From Phoronis australis (lineage: Eukaryota > Animalia > Phoronida), in the NCBI GenBank assembly GCA_002633005.1, contig NMRA01000121.1, forward strand, positions 280,847-344,846: DNA of 64,000 nt, written 5' to 3'. Position 1 is the first letter of the stretch, and every line of letters begins with the position of its first letter. The translations under genes were made by a program, and so were the position numbers. Under the pieces are notes generated by a model, which ran no database searches, was not told where the DNA came from, and saw only the letters and a program-made list of their open reading frames with translations. Below, piece by piece: positions 1 through 15,400 of the stretch.

Positions 1-174
1 CAATGCTTTAATGTTATATAATTGAAAATTTTCATCTTAAGTTCAGTGTGAACTGTAACGTTCTCTGCACATCCTAGTAAAGTAACTCGCTATTACACTT
101 AGTCTAGTATCAAAAATGGTTTACTACATTCAACCAAATTAACCATTTGTCAAAAAGACACAAAGTTTCCAAAC

Positions 175-433
175 CTATGACCCTCCTTATTGCCAGCTGG
201 GAGAGACTGCTTTTTGTCCGAATCCACTTTCACCTCTTTGGGTGCAGGCACTACTTCAGGTTCAACAGGTCCATCCATCTTGGTGTAAAATGAATCCACA
301 TCTTGAGCAATAGAGGGCACAGCATCCGGTCTTCGCGTCGGACGCGTTCTTTTTTGCATCCTTGGTCGATCCTTGGTTACGCTGTGCAGTGTTTGGCTCG
401 GTGCAATGGCTTCAAATTCAAGACTGGCTGAGC
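175..433 (-). CDS. CARMIL: CARMIL exon 28 containing the capping-protein interaction (CPI) motif
   Basis: [20 protein letters not shown] fits the CPI consensus LxHxTxxRPK(x6)P; the donor position is uncertain (about 175-194). Confidence 0.85.
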
Positions 434-3400
434 CTGAAACAAAATACAGGTAAAGACTAAAGAATTTCCAACTATGTGCGAAATACATTTAGGAGCACAA
501 TGATGGATGTCTCACACAATGACTTACTAAGAATAATGATATTGAGCCAGGCTAATCCCAGGTTCTAGCAACTGACAGAAGGTGTATTTCACTCTATTTA
601 GCTGGCTAAGAAATCAAATTTGATTTAACTTTCACTCTACTAATAAAATTGGTCTCATAATATTCCTTGTCGTGATAAGATTCTATTTCCAATACCAACA
701 AGAACATCAAAACGATTAATGACCAACCTTAAAATTGCAAACTAAAAAACGGCACAAGTACGTACGACAAAAATGAAAAACTATCGCGGTAAGGAATTGA
801 ACAAGACAGATTTTATGAGCGTAAAAGGCTTAATTCGATTTTTACTTTAAAACCAGCTAAACAGGGAGAAATGCAGCGCTAAACAACTCAACATTTACAA
901 GCCAGTGAGGGCAGTTTTCAATTGGAAAAATAATGCGGAGTTTAATTTAGTTGACTGAGCAATCAAGAGCTAGATAATTGAAAAAAGATTTTTCATAGTC
1001 TCGCTGAAGGTATGAAGTAAGTAAAAATCAACTTACTCAGAGACTGAAGATTTAAGAATTCGAACGTTTCGGGACATCCCTTCACCATTCGTTGATAAAG
1101 GACTGTAGACTACAGTCCGAAACGTTCGAACTCTTAAATCTTCAGTCTCTGAGTAAGTTGACTTTACTTATTCCAAGAGCTAGACAGTTTTGACACCTTG
1201 TAAGACATACTAACATAAAGACTGTCAAAGACTATCATACCAACAATTTTCTTATTGTCCTTTTTCTCAGGCTTTGGTTGAGTCTTTGCTGGGGACACTA
1301 CTTTAACACTAGGTGGCGTCATTTCATTCATCACCTTTTCACCATCAGCATCTTTGTCCTCACCAACACTTGGTGACTTTGGTAATGACTCTAAAATAGG
1401 ATTAGCAATTACGATTTTTAAGTGCAACTTTTGTTCCAATTCCTCATTTTGAAATGTTCTATGGGACTTTTATAGCACTAACATTCAAAAATCAAGTTTT
1501 CATTCCTCAAATGATGACAAAATCCTACCACGGACGTCAATTTTCATAAATACTACATCACAAATAGTAAACAAACCCTGAAACAATGGTATGTAGTTTT
1601 GAATAACGATTCAATGAATAACAGGGTAAATTCCTAGACTTTGCAACATTTAGTATTAAGTTTTCTTCTAGACCCATGGTAAGAACTTTTAATGAAAACT
1701 GGAATGCAAAATCCAACGTACCCGAGATGAGCAAAAATGAAGCAGGATTCTTTTCCACTCAGTGTTTGGCAAATCAATAACATTTCACAATTTTGCTTAG
1801 TTGCTTCGGGCAAATTTTCAAAAAACAGGATACCTGGGGCCATTTTAATATGGGTGGGCTCGTTTATTTGTCAGTGAAGGTCTCGAAATGAGGTTGGTAC
1901 AGAACAGAACAAACTATGATTTTTTATCCTAAATGTCTTATTCTTTGCTCAAGTACATTATGATTAATGTGGACAAAATAAACTCCCCGAATACTGGTTT
2001 CCATTTTCAGGTAATTTTAGTTTACTCCCTTGGCACTAAGCAATGAGAAACAAAGAGTTCTTTTGAGAAATCAATTTTTATAGTGAACGAGTCTGAGGGT
2101 GACTTTCATTAGTAAGTGCCCATTTTAACAATGTGTGCACTTTTAAAGCACTGCAGAATTCGCTAACAGATTCAGAATATGTTATCCTTGGTGACAACCA
2201 AAACCACACGGACTCGAAACTGATCCAGTTTACACAATTGAAAGCACTCAACAAATATTTGGAGGAATAAGTTATGAGTGGGCACTTAATCTGAAAATTT
2301 TCAAAGTTAACCTGAATGTTTACGATACATCAAATTCCACTTTACAGAGTGAATGAACCATAATTTTGTGAGAGAACGTCTGTAAGAATTTGGCTTCTTA
2401 AAAACAAGAAAATAAATAAATTACATGGCTCTTTTTAGAATTAATGAGCAATATCTGGTTATCACATTCTAATTTTAATTTTGGGGAAGTTTCGTATCGA
2501 CAGACAAAGTTAAAATGGAGTTGTATCATCAATAATTAATGTAACGAGTTTCAACAATTATTATCAAAAGGAAAGTAAAATTATATTAAAAATGGACAGA
2601 TTTCTAAGTTTCCGAAGAGATGGCCAACAAATGACATAAAATGTACCCCATCATCCCTTACCATTGAATGTGTTAAGAGTAAAACTCTTTATTATTTAAT
2701 GGCCTTTCATGAGTGAATGAAACTTTATTGTAAAGAATTAATACTATAGGCCATGAGTTAAGTGTATAGTCATTGTTCAATATATGAAAAACAAAAAAAA
2801 AACAAAAATCAGCCAATAATTGACAAGTTGGAAATTAAACTAGAGAAAGTGCAAGGTGAATGCGTAAGAACCTACTAAAAATAAAATTAATAAAAAAACA
2901 GCTGACCTAGGATTTACAACTGAAATGTCAAAACCAAAGGTCACACGTACAAGAAAGGAAAAATATAAGACACTCGTACAAGTCTGAAAGCTGTTATTTA
3001 CCCACTCACCAGGTGTCTCTGAAGTGCCCTCATCAACCTCATCAACAGCTGGCCCAACGGGTTTCGATTCATTAATATCTATGTCAACAACTACACGACC
3101 AGCGTCTAGAAGGGTTGACAGAAGCGTACAATAACAAAATTTTCTAGTAAAAATGAAAAACACTACAAAGCGAAACAACAGAAATCAAATAAAATATGAG
3201 GGACAGATTTCACAAGTAGGTGATGAAATTTGAATATTCAGAATATATGAAACTTTGAGTTCTAAGACAATTAATCATACCACAGAAAGACGCCCGTTGC
3301 TAAGGAAACTTTCTTTACGAAGATTTTGATTACGCTGAATGTGAAACGAGTCCCATCATACATTTGAGTTATATACATTAAGACAAGATTGACTTTAAAA

Positions 3401-6400
3401 TTACATACACAATTAGTTTGAAGCAAGAGAAGCGCAAATCTTTGGATTAATTATGCACGTACAATAAAATTAATGAGCATTAAAAACGATCTGGTAAAAT
3501 GTTTGCAGAAAGAGTAGTTCTGCAAAAATGGAATTCTTATGCAAACACATTTAAAGCACAAAATAAGCAACAACAATTAACACCTAATTTTTAAAAGAAA
3601 GGATTTTTGTGAAGTTTTACCTCTAATACACGATTTTGGTCGCGTTCTACGATCCATCACACTGATTCTCTTGTTCTGTCGAGGGGTAACCTGAGAACAC
3701 AAAGAAGGTTAACAAATTTTGTCAGTACCAATGTACACAAAATTTGTCACAAAATTTCAAGAAATGAAATAAAATTCTTACTAATGCCTTTTGCAAAAAC
3801 AAATTATTGCATACTCTCCAAGGTACAGAAGTGAATAATTCTTATTATGCGGAAATGAGTTATTCACGAATTAGTTTTTCAAGGGAAAACCAGTTGTTTC
3901 TTTCTCAAAAGATTTCGTGCGTTTCTACGAGTCCCTCACCTAAAGCATAATTATTTGCTTTTGAATACCATTTTCTACATTGCAAGTTGTATATTTTCTG
4001 AAAACAGAGAATAGTAGAAACTATTTGGCTAACGTATACACTTAGTAAAAGATTTCACCGGCTCAGAGCGATCATCATCAGGAGTTTTCAACACAAATTC
4101 TTCTGGCCCCTGGGAGTCCATGGAGTCCACAGACTGTCTCTGAGGCTTTTCTTGGTTGGCCTCTGTCCGCTTCCTTAGCTCGTTCAGGTGATTGGTCTAT
4201 AAGCAAAGAGAAGAAGTTAAGATAATATCCTGTATCTTCTAAGGATCAAATTTCTTACAGGAAAATACTTTTTAAGCATTAATAGTAAACGTCTAATAAA
4301 ACTACATATTTTTAAAGTTGTTCGTGATCACCAAATATAAACATATACACAAATAAATTAATGTCCAGGTGTTTGCAATCAAGTGATAGCATTTTTTCTG
4401 AAAAACGATTTTTCAAAAAGATCACTTGTATGGAACATGTAACTGTTAGGTACATGACCGTGTCCGGGGTTTTCTTATGAGGCCTTTTATACCCAAGAAC
4501 TCGGCGTTTAAAATGAAGAATGAAGTCAACATTTCCTGAAAAATAACGACTTAGTAAGTTGCACACGTCTGGTACAACATGTAACAGATCGCCTGCATTA
4601 TTTTATATTTATTATAAATTTGACCCGGGGTAACGAAGGCAGTCTATTACCTTAAGCTATCTGGCAACCTCCACTACTACAAATCAAATTTCTATCCATG
4701 ACTATTTACCCGATAAGTAATTAAAAAAGGGAAACCCATGAAAACAATGAATCACATCATAATGTAACTGAAAATTATGCACAGAATCATCACGCAACTG
4801 CAAACCTTTTAAAAAATTGTCAATTTTCACCTGACCTAACTTACACAAGCAAGAATTTTTTTGCATAGAACTTGCAATTTAGTGTTTTTATTCCCACTAT
4901 TGATTACATAAGACCTTTAGCCCATTGGCAAGAAGTCTGGTGTTAAAAATGAAGATATTATAACACACTGAAAAAACAACCTGTTATTTTTGTGCACTTA
5001 ATACAGTTACTTGCAACAAATATGACAAGACACTATTTATCAAAATCTGAAATACGACACACTGGATGTTTAGCCTGACCACATGTAGACTGTTCACTGA
5101 ACACTTAGTAAAACAAGAGAGAGTAGTCACATACCAAAATCTTGTGGCTGTTAGTCAGCGAGTCCAAAACACCATCGTTAACCTCATCTGATACGTAGCT
5201 GGCCACAGCCAAGTTCACCTCACTAAAAGAAAGAAGTACAGAGTGTCTCAATATTGACAACGGTCACAAATCACAGATCCGGGTTGATTTTCCAGGCAAA
5301 TTAATAATTATGCAAAAACTTGGACAACACAAACCATCCAACTAAGAGGGAGAACAAGCTCACTTGACCACAAAATCCAAACTACAGCATTATCTAGCAA
5401 GATATTTTCAGAAATTTACAAATGACTAGCTGTCATCACAGTGATCTCAAAGCAGTCATAGTTTTTGTTATTTTTTGTATTGGAGTTGATCACTGTCTAT
5501 CAGCAAAACAAGTCAACGCAAAGAAATTTTGCATGCTTTCGACTCACCAATGAAAATACAAAATGTGAATCATTTCATAACACTGGACAAGGTCAAATGA
5601 ATAACAGCTTACAATGCAATGTGTTGAAAGGTCAAATGAATATAAGCTTACAATGCAAAGTGTTAAAATGCATTGAAGACTGCCCTGCAAAACAGTATGC
5701 TTCAGGGGAGTGTTTGTACAGTACTAGACTACAGCAATTCCCCACTTATTTTGTATAAACTACATTTTTCTGATAATCCGTCTTGTGCCAAATTAACCGA
5801 ATATACAGACTTCGTAGTCGACGGATGTGCAAAATTACTGAGCAAACCAACCGCCGCCAACTGCCCGTGTGTGTGAATTTTACGAAATTTGAGACACCTT
5901 TTTGAGCAAATTCTACAGACTTTTCACTTTCAGAAATATGTACTTTAACTGACTTTATATCAGCTGCAGTTTTTTAGACATTTGACTTGTCCATAAGGTC
6001 CTCCCTACACAGTCTCAATCACTGTACAAGCACACACAGGTAGATGATGGAATCCTGAATATATGCCACCACAAGTGCACAAAAAGCAGAATTGAGAAGT
6101 CGTGGGTGCCTTCAAACAGGAGAACCAAGAACACCTGATTGTATTTCTTTCTATAATTAGACAGACAACATGTTCATTTAGGCACCATAAGACTGAATGT
6201 CCGCCTGAGTCTGTTCATCTCAGACTAGAGAAGCAATGAGCGTGCTGGCCTCACCTGACTTTGTTCATGACATCCGTTCCTATCTGGTCAACAATAAGAG
6301 CATGACTGAAGTCTCCTGGGAGACCACTCTTCTCCTTGCAGATTTCTAGCATTTTGGATTTAGTGTCCTGGCAACAATAGCGCAAAGCATTAACCATCTC

Positions 6401-9400
6401 ACATCACAATTACAGTGAAGTTATTGCACTGTCTGTTCAATTGGTACACAATGAATTTGTAGAGTTTGAAATGGTATTCATCTGTGTACTGTGTGACCTA
6501 AATCTCAGTATTCATGCATGGGATATTAAGAGTTTGTAACGAGTGATGATCTTGTCAAATAATGAACAACTTAAACAAAGTTTGTTTGAAGTATGCAATT
6601 ATTTTCAGTTTCATGTTTAGTGTAACACTTACATCATCACCAAGTACAACAGGGCACCTTTCTTCTGCACAATGCACCATGTCCGTCACATTTTTCTGAA
6701 AAAAGGACAGAAACAGGCTGAAAAATCTTCCTTTAAGAAGAATGAACAACACTGCTTTCAAAATAAAATAACGTTAGAGGACACTTCAACTCCGCAAACA
6801 TAATAAAATCACTATAAACGGTAAAAAAGAACCAGAGATTTACAACATTTTGCACTCAACACCAGGAAGCGGACATCGCCGTTCTTTCGGAATTGAAGGA
6901 AGAAAAAGTGACACAGCACTCCACTTCAAATTAAATAAACGTTTACCCAAAACTATATTTTTTTAACAAATTTGTTGCTTTGTCTTCAAAGTGTTAATTA
7001 CGCAATCCAACTTTATACAGAACCCATTTTAGTGACCTCACACCGTTTAAAAACAGCTAGCTTCCATACTTTTTGATCGAATGATAAACCTTAGTTATCA
7101 CATGTTTAATAGTCTTTTGTATCACTTGTTTACAATAAACAGTTTCATCCTGCTGCCACCAACAAAACGTGCGGACAAACCTTCAGTTGATCTTCAAGCA
7201 CAACTTGTAGCTCCTTGGCCAATGACCTCAGTTTGACCTCTACATTGTTACCCTCGCACTCTGATTGTATAGCCACCTGCTGCAACTTGGGTAATAACTG
7301 AAAATACACAAAAATATCGGGAAAAATTATTAGAGATCACAGGGAAACAGGGAGACAGTAGTAATTAATTAGTGAAGACTTTGTCCAATGGTAATGTGTG
7401 GATGTGACTATAGTGTATGTGATAGACAGTGAACATGTACAACAAGAACACCACAATCTATCCATAGTTCCTTACATATAGGTTTCCTTGCACGCACCAT
7501 CGCAACACGTGACTATGCAAGTATACGGTACATTCAGTTTAAATTAAATTTCATTTACTGATGTCAACAAGGACCGTTAGGTTCTAAATTTCATAAAATA
7601 ATAACTTTTACAAAAATTTTTTTTTTGCTTCACAGAAATAAAGGTCTATTTTTTGCACAGACGCTGTCTATATAAATGTTTGGAGCTATGCACACACTTA
7701 AATGTGGGTTGGGTCAGGAGAAGCAAACCACAAACCTGTTTGTATGAACCGTGATTTATAGTATGCGTCGAGTAAGGAACAACGAGTGGACCAATACCTC
7801 TGGCATACTCCCACAATTCCCCACTTAGATACAGGAAGGTACACGATGTGCAGGCATTACACCTATGTGCACAGCTTCCATCTCAACGACACATGAAACA
7901 GATCAGACGCATCTTTTGGCTTAAACATTAAAACTGTCCGAGACATGACAGACAAATACTTCTGCGTTCAAATCAGGAAAATTTTCCTGACCACCGACCT
8001 GTTTAGAGTTGTCTGCATCCGTGATGAGTTTGTTTGCCAGTTGCACGTCCTTGGTCATATCAGCGTCACCATCATTCTTGGGATGGGACACCAGGGCATC
8101 TACTGTGTCCTGTACCTGCACCATCAGCTTGTCTACCAACTGAAACATAATTAGGGCATCCAGCTATATAGCCAACTTACAGTGCAAATTTTCAAGCAAA
8201 GAGTATGTGGTACGTTATTCACTTTCTCACTTTGCCATAAAAGTATACTAGCAGGATCAGTATGCAAAAAGCAGGCAACCGGACAAATGCTCTTAATTTA
8301 CATGCATACATTCCTCTCTCAGTTTACAGGAACACACGTCTCTCTTTACACGGATCCTATGAAAAATATCATTGGACTTGACAGACTTGATAGTTTGGCA
8401 TCAAATTCCAGACAGAGGTACAGGTCGGACCTCTGCATGAAACCCACCGTGTGCATCTTGAGCACAGATGACATATCGTCGACATTCAAATTGTGAGACA
8501 TACACCTCTCCCATGAATTGGACAGTGTCATTCTTGTAATAATTTAAAAACTTTGTACACCATCAAATTCAATTTTGAATGTGTACAAATGCATATTGAT
8601 TCAGTAAGAAGTCAATATTGAGGAGTGATAGTCACATGAGAGAAGTCGCCATGCAGGAGAAACCTGACCAACTTTCTTATATGGAGACGGGGGGTGAGCA
8701 CTACCCTCCAAACATCTCTTCATGAAATGATTTCATTAAACTGCTAAATATTTTGGACACCAAACGACAAAAAGAGAAAGACACAAGTAACGTACCACTT
8801 AGTTGGTGTCAGCTTTCAATGTATTTGCTCTGACTGATTTTCAAAAATTTTGTTCAATTTCTGGTTTAATACCAGCTCTTGACTCACAGTTAGACAAATG
8901 ATAAGTCATGCATTCAAAGAATAAACACTCTTATAATGTAAGTAGGCATCATGTGCAAGAATGATAAGATTCCAGAGGTGTATCCTGTAGGATCATAATC
9001 ACCCCAGACAGATGCAAATAGTGCCGCAACTCCAGTCACCACCAACTCTATTTCCTTGCTAATGTGGTCTTCAACTGTGCATCCACTGAAGGGAATGCAT
9101 TCACACACCATCAGCTACAGCCTTCAACTTCAGCACTAAACAAATGAGAACTTTTACATGCCTATGACTCATTCTAACATTGTAGAATGCACATGCCATG
9201 AATGAACGAATGAATGAACCAATGAATGAATGAATGAATGAATAAGCACAACCACCTTCTGCATAGGCTGCCAATACTGAATTAATAATGAGGTCCTTAT
9301 GAAAATAGCGTTGTCATCCAGATATCTGAGTGAGTTTCACTCGCTCGGACAGCTCACAGTCAGCAAACATTCGTAGGCACATGCCCCTGTGTCCGGAAAT

Positions 9401-12400
9401 GAGTTTTTCAAAGAACTGCTTTGGCTTTTAATAAAAACTTTTGTGCGTAAGCACACAACTATGCACCACTTGCAGAAAACCTTTATCTAGAACAATCTTG
9501 ATTTCATTAAGATAGATGTGGGAAGGTTTGTGAGAGTGTGCATGGTGTTTTTATAGTTACGTAAGATAAGTTTGGCTAACTTCAGAATGCAAAATTTCCA
9601 GAAACTGAGTGTCCTTTATACACACTGTTCTCCAAAATGCTGTTTTTAAAACCTCCCAATTTTGCATGAGGGACTATCAAAAAACAGAATTTATAATATG
9701 ATTTTTATGAAAAAAAATGAGTTACATAAAACAAAAACGAAACGGCAGCTTAGAAAACAGTAAAAACGTTTCTGAGATTTTATCTTGAACATTGATATCA
9801 TACAAGAATTTGTCATGTCAATTATCCTGTTGTTTTGCTATGATTGTGCCTTCTATTTCTGCTAAGCGTTCCTAAAAAGGCAAAGCCACTTGACCTAATA
9901 ATTAGTGTTAGATTGGCAAACAGTCAAAAATTGTACAGAGCTTCTACACTCAGAAAAAACATACATTTGCCTTGTTATATACTATCTATAGTTTTGTAGA
10001 TATTTGGCTAAAGTCCTACATAAGTTCAACTTTTACATATTTCCATCAAGGTACTTGAAGGAATAGTGTGTCAGTGCTCAGCTGGCCAAATACAGTCCAA
10101 AGGTCGATTACTGTTTTAATTCAGCTGATATTTCATAATATAGAACACAGTGTCAATGGCATAAGTTATCTTGAAAATGCTAGTAAAAATAAACCAACAT
10201 CAAAAATAGAAGTTTGTTTTATGCAATCATTTTACTTCATTTCTGTTATTGTCCTTTCACAACTATCACAATTATTATTATTATTATTATTATTATAATT
10301 ATTATTATTATGTTATTGTAATTATTATTGTAAGTGTTACCTTATTGTTTATTAGCATCATTATTACTACAAAAGCAATGTCAGTGTGAATATATATAAG
10401 AAAGAAATAGCAGGCAATAAAGCACACCATAGCCAATTCAATATCATGGATCAAACACTAATTCCCACATAAAAAAGATTACTTTGACTGTAGTTCTGCT
10501 AATGTAATATATCATAAAAGGAAAATAAATTTGTTTCCTATGAGGGAGATTCAACATTAAATAGGCCATTCTCAATACATAGAACCCAACCCAACAACCA
10601 GGAGACATGTGCTGCAGCCTGTGGTTTATTATTTTTCCAACAGGAGGCGCAGCTAACCAGAAAAATAAAAAGAGGTCAACTCTTGAAGTTCAAAATGTCT
10701 AATTTTAAGCAAACTAACACAAAACTCAGACTACAAATACCAGTAAAACATATTTGGGCAGTATACTCATGCATTATGACACCAATTACAGGGCAATTTT
10801 AGCTAAATCATATAAACACAAATTTTACCAGTTTAGAGTAAAGAGCTGCTCACTACTTAGACCACCCAACTCCCATTGTGTAGTTTGTCATCAGGTAGAG
10901 TAACTTCTTACCTGTGGACCTACGGGTCCGCTGACAACATGATGACTTCGGGTGATGATTCTTCCATGAATTACACACCTCGGGTGTTCAGGGGAGCAAC
11001 GACCCCTGGATTACTCTTGTCTGACTACCTATCTGATGACACCCTTTTTTATACTAAGCAAAAGCCTTCTGACACTGTGCCATACAGTGGCTTGTGCATT
11101 GCAATGGAATCTGGCCAAAACCTCGTGGGTAAGTACTTTCTGCACTACTGGACTCCTTCAATAATTCAAGTATGATTGCGTTGAATACTTGCACAATTTG
11201 GAGATCAACAACTACTTTGTAACTAATGTCCTTTGGTTCCTACCCAGGCTACCGAAGGTCCACCTTAAGGAACAGAGGTTTAGGCTGGCAGATAGCATGT
11301 GCTTTTGTCACAAAATTCAAGACTTCATTAATTTTTCCAGTAAATATAAAGTCGGCTTCACTTATTTTTTCGGAAAAAAGGAATGATTCAGACAATTGTC
11401 ATTTTCCCTGGTCAATTAAAACACGAACGCCAATAATAAACTTCAAGGTAATTAACCACCTTTGTAGCCAAAGATAAGGTTCATAAACAACTATTTTAAT
11501 AACTCAAGTTGTTAACGCATGAACCTTTATATTTTAAAATCTTTGACAGTATTGTGATACATTCAACTGCATTTGAAACTCTTGAAAACAAAGGGAAGAG
11601 AACGATATTCACATTTATTGTACACATGCCATAATCCCCAAACTATGCTTTTGGATCAATCAACCACTTAATTTTTGAAACACATCCCCCATCAAAACCT
11701 CTGGTTATCCAATCTCTCCAACTAAGTCAAAACTTAAATTCTTCCACGCAACAAAATTTCCTTCTTTTCTCATGTTTGAAAATTAGGACTCCTTTCTCCA
11801 ACCACTTATATGACAAGGCAAGAGACCTTACAAAGACATGAGGCTGGAGTTTATTCGTTGTATTCGAAATCAAACTCGAGATTATTTTGGTATTTTTCTG
11901 CTCTACTTTTGTGTGAACTCAAGATTAGTGGCTGGCAGTCTGTGCTCAAGTACATTATGGTCTATGCATGAGTTTCTAGTCCCACTTTGTACTTGATGAA
12001 CCCTATATTAGTGCTACGAACTTGAGTACAGACTCAAAATTTTCAGTTTAGGCTTGAACCTTTAGCCTTAAAGTTACGTAAGGCGTTATCAACTTGGCCG
12101 TGTATTCAGCCAAATATTTACAAAACTTTACCCCAGTAAGGTATAAATTTTCTGAAAGTAAAATGCTTGCAGAATTCAAATTTTCTTCAAATACCAATCT
12201 GCGATTCATTAGATCACATGACCATGCATAGCAAAACAATGGAATCGATAATATGACCCAATTTCATATGATATAAAAGTTCAAGATAAAATCTCTAAAA
12301 TGCTGTTACAGTTTTCTGAATTATCACTTCATTTTAGTTTTATGTAACTTTTGATTTTTTCATGAAAATCGTAAAAGTCATATTTTTCATAGTACCTCGT

Positions 12401-15400
12401 GCAAAAGCGGAAAATTCTAAAAACAATTCCTCACAGAGTTTTGAAGAACAATGCATAAAGCATGGTAGCTCAGAGTTTCATATGAATCCAACAAGTCATT
12501 TCTGAGACATGACTTTGCTACGACCTTCGTCAAAATTGGCCATTTTCAAGGGTCCTACCTACCCCTCATGCTGGGGTCATCAAGCGCAAAGTGAGATTGG
12601 AATGTTGTCCACGTAAGCCATTATGAACTCGAGCATTGGAATAGAAAATTATCTTGAGTTTCCACAAAAGTAGAATAGAAGATGCCAATAAGGATTTTGA
12701 GTTCGATTTTGATTAACAGATTAGAACCTGGATGCAGGCCACACAGCAATGACTGTAGCAATAACATGTGATGGTAAGAGAAAGTAACTGACATGATTAA
12801 CTTTTCCCCGACAACCTTCATGGACTGGATTATTACAAAATGTGAGGAACTAAATACTTCAACCACATACGTCTCGATACGCTGTGCAATAACCGTGTCA
12901 GGTGCCCATGTAATAACCAAGTTATTGTATGGTCACGTGTCACTGTCATAGCTGCACCGGAGTTGATGAAAAAATACGGATTGAAACTTAAGTATGCGGT
13001 ATAAATACTGAACTGACCAAGTATTTCACTCGGCCTTTGGCCTAATGAAAATATTTCTTCAACACACCAACCTCAGATAATCATATTCACCCATGAAAAA
13101 CAGACGCAGTTTAACACACATGTAACATGAGCTTCATTCAATGATAACAAAATGGGTCTAGGGCATCATTACTCAAACCAGGAGAGGAACTTAAAAATGA
13201 CATAATAAACTGTTAACCTTAAACATGATGCCTCTTGCACATGACCATCAGATACAGAAGACTAGTTGGACAACATGTACATAAGCCAAGGTCTCTATCA
13301 AAATTATCACTGCACTGGGTAAGTGAGACCACCATACAGCTTAACAAAGCTGATAAAATTAAAGCCATATTTAGACACAGCAAAGACAATATAAACAGAC
13401 TTATCAAAAGGTAATGATAGCAGAAACTCAAACGAGAAGTTACAAACAACAAAGGTTAGAAAATGAGGGCAACAAAAATATCAATGCCATAGGACTGGTT
13501 TAAATTAAAATACAAAACTTGTCTCTTGGGGCGAGTGACTATAGTACATGGGCAGCCAAAAAGGAGTACACATTACGGAACATACTTCCTTTTTTACATA
13601 TTTTGTCTGAAGATGACCGAGGCTTTCACTGAAGCAACAGACACTGCACACAAAGGATGGTTGAAGATGTAATGAGTCAAAGCCTCCAAAAACTGAGTAA
13701 CATTCTTCTACTTACCTGCTGCGTAGCACTAATAAGGAACCCTTGCTGTAGACGATAAGCTTGCTCAGTGGCGAATTTTCTTGGACTGTGATTACGGTGA
13801 AGACACGTCTCGATCTTCTCCAGAGCAATTCTGGTGCGATCGGGGTGAGACTTTAAGGCTTCAGCCGCGTCTTGGATGGGCGTTGGCATAATACGCACCG
13901 CAAAGTTTCTAAAAAATAAAATTGAAAATGAATGCAGCTGAAAATAATGACCTTTACATGGCTGAATTGACCGCAAATCTTTTTGAGTCTAATTTTACAG
14001 TCCATATACTTCTTTTTTATTTAGTAATAGTACCAACACTACCACAGTAAGAGTGGTACACGCACTCTAAATTGCGACCACCTTCAGGAGTGTATAAACA
14101 GTAAACTTTGGGGGAGGTTGCTCCTTGCATATGTTCTTGATGTCATAAAAACGCCAAAGTCATAATGTAAAATTCAATTGATTTTTCAAATAGATTGTTG
14201 AAATATAAAAAAGATCAATCTACTGTTATTTACCACTTCTCCTGAAGTGAAAAACAGCGCAAAAATACCCTCTGGTTTTGCCTGTGTTGACTTTAACCCA
14301 TAGCTCAAGTTTTGTGAGAAGGGGGAGGATCCACACATAGAAATTCAATCAAGTCCATAATTGACCTATCGCAAGCTCCGCCCCCTTGCGAAAAGTCGAC
14401 AAACAAACAATATGTTTTACTTGACAATATGTTGTTTGTGGAGAAAAATGATGGCTTGGAAACGAAGGTGTGTTAAGAATGCTGCGTTCTGATTGGTCAG
14501 TTAAGCTGTCACTCAAAATCTTGGCGATAGGTCAATTGTCAGTATTTCATACTTTAGCGCAAAGAGCAATTTGTGCTTTAGTCATGAAAGTGCACAGAAT
14601 GCTTGACCCAATATTGAATACTGCAACGCAGCTCATGGACAACAGTAACAGTAACTACAGTTTGAGGGCACACTTTAGCTGGGCACATTGAAAACGTCGT
14701 CTAAGGTATGTTTGGAAGAGCATATGACAAAACAGGCAGAATCAGGTGTGTCTTCATTAATGAACAGCTTCTCAAGAACTAATAGCTAACACACAGATTC
14801 AGCAGTTTATTATGACACGGCAGTTTACCTGATGAAAGTTGGCTTTGCTTATTAAACTGCTTCTAGTTTGGTTACAAATTCTATCTATTCAGAGTGTTGA
14901 AGAAATGCAGACAGACAATTATACACAACTACTGTCATATCGTGTTAAATGAGACTTGTATTGGAAAGGACATTCTACCAAATACTAAATATTGTATTCC
15001 ATTGTGTATTTTGATTTTATCACTCAAGTGGGACGTCAGCGATGCATTAGCATGTGACAGAGCGAGAATTGGTTGAAATCACAGAAACAAGGTTTAGTAC
15101 CTTTTTAAATCTGTCTACTTCTCCTTGACATAATATAGAAGATACATGTAACTCTGTATACCTCTCTATCACACAAAATTATGAATATACTAACTCTCCC
15201 TACCTCTCTCTCTCATAAGATTATGAATATATGTAACTCTCCCCACCTCTCTCTCACACAATACTATGAATGTCACTCACTTCTCTAGCGCTACTGCCAC
15301 ATCTTCAAATCCCTGTGCAGAAGTGTTGTTTCCATCCCAGTAAATTTCCTGCAGGCGTGTGTTGATCATCAAGGCCTTTGCCAACATTCGTGCACCAAAG

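Noticed and set aside
13606-13645. CTGAAGA hammerhead-like core
   Set aside because: No proper stem II followed by GAAA.
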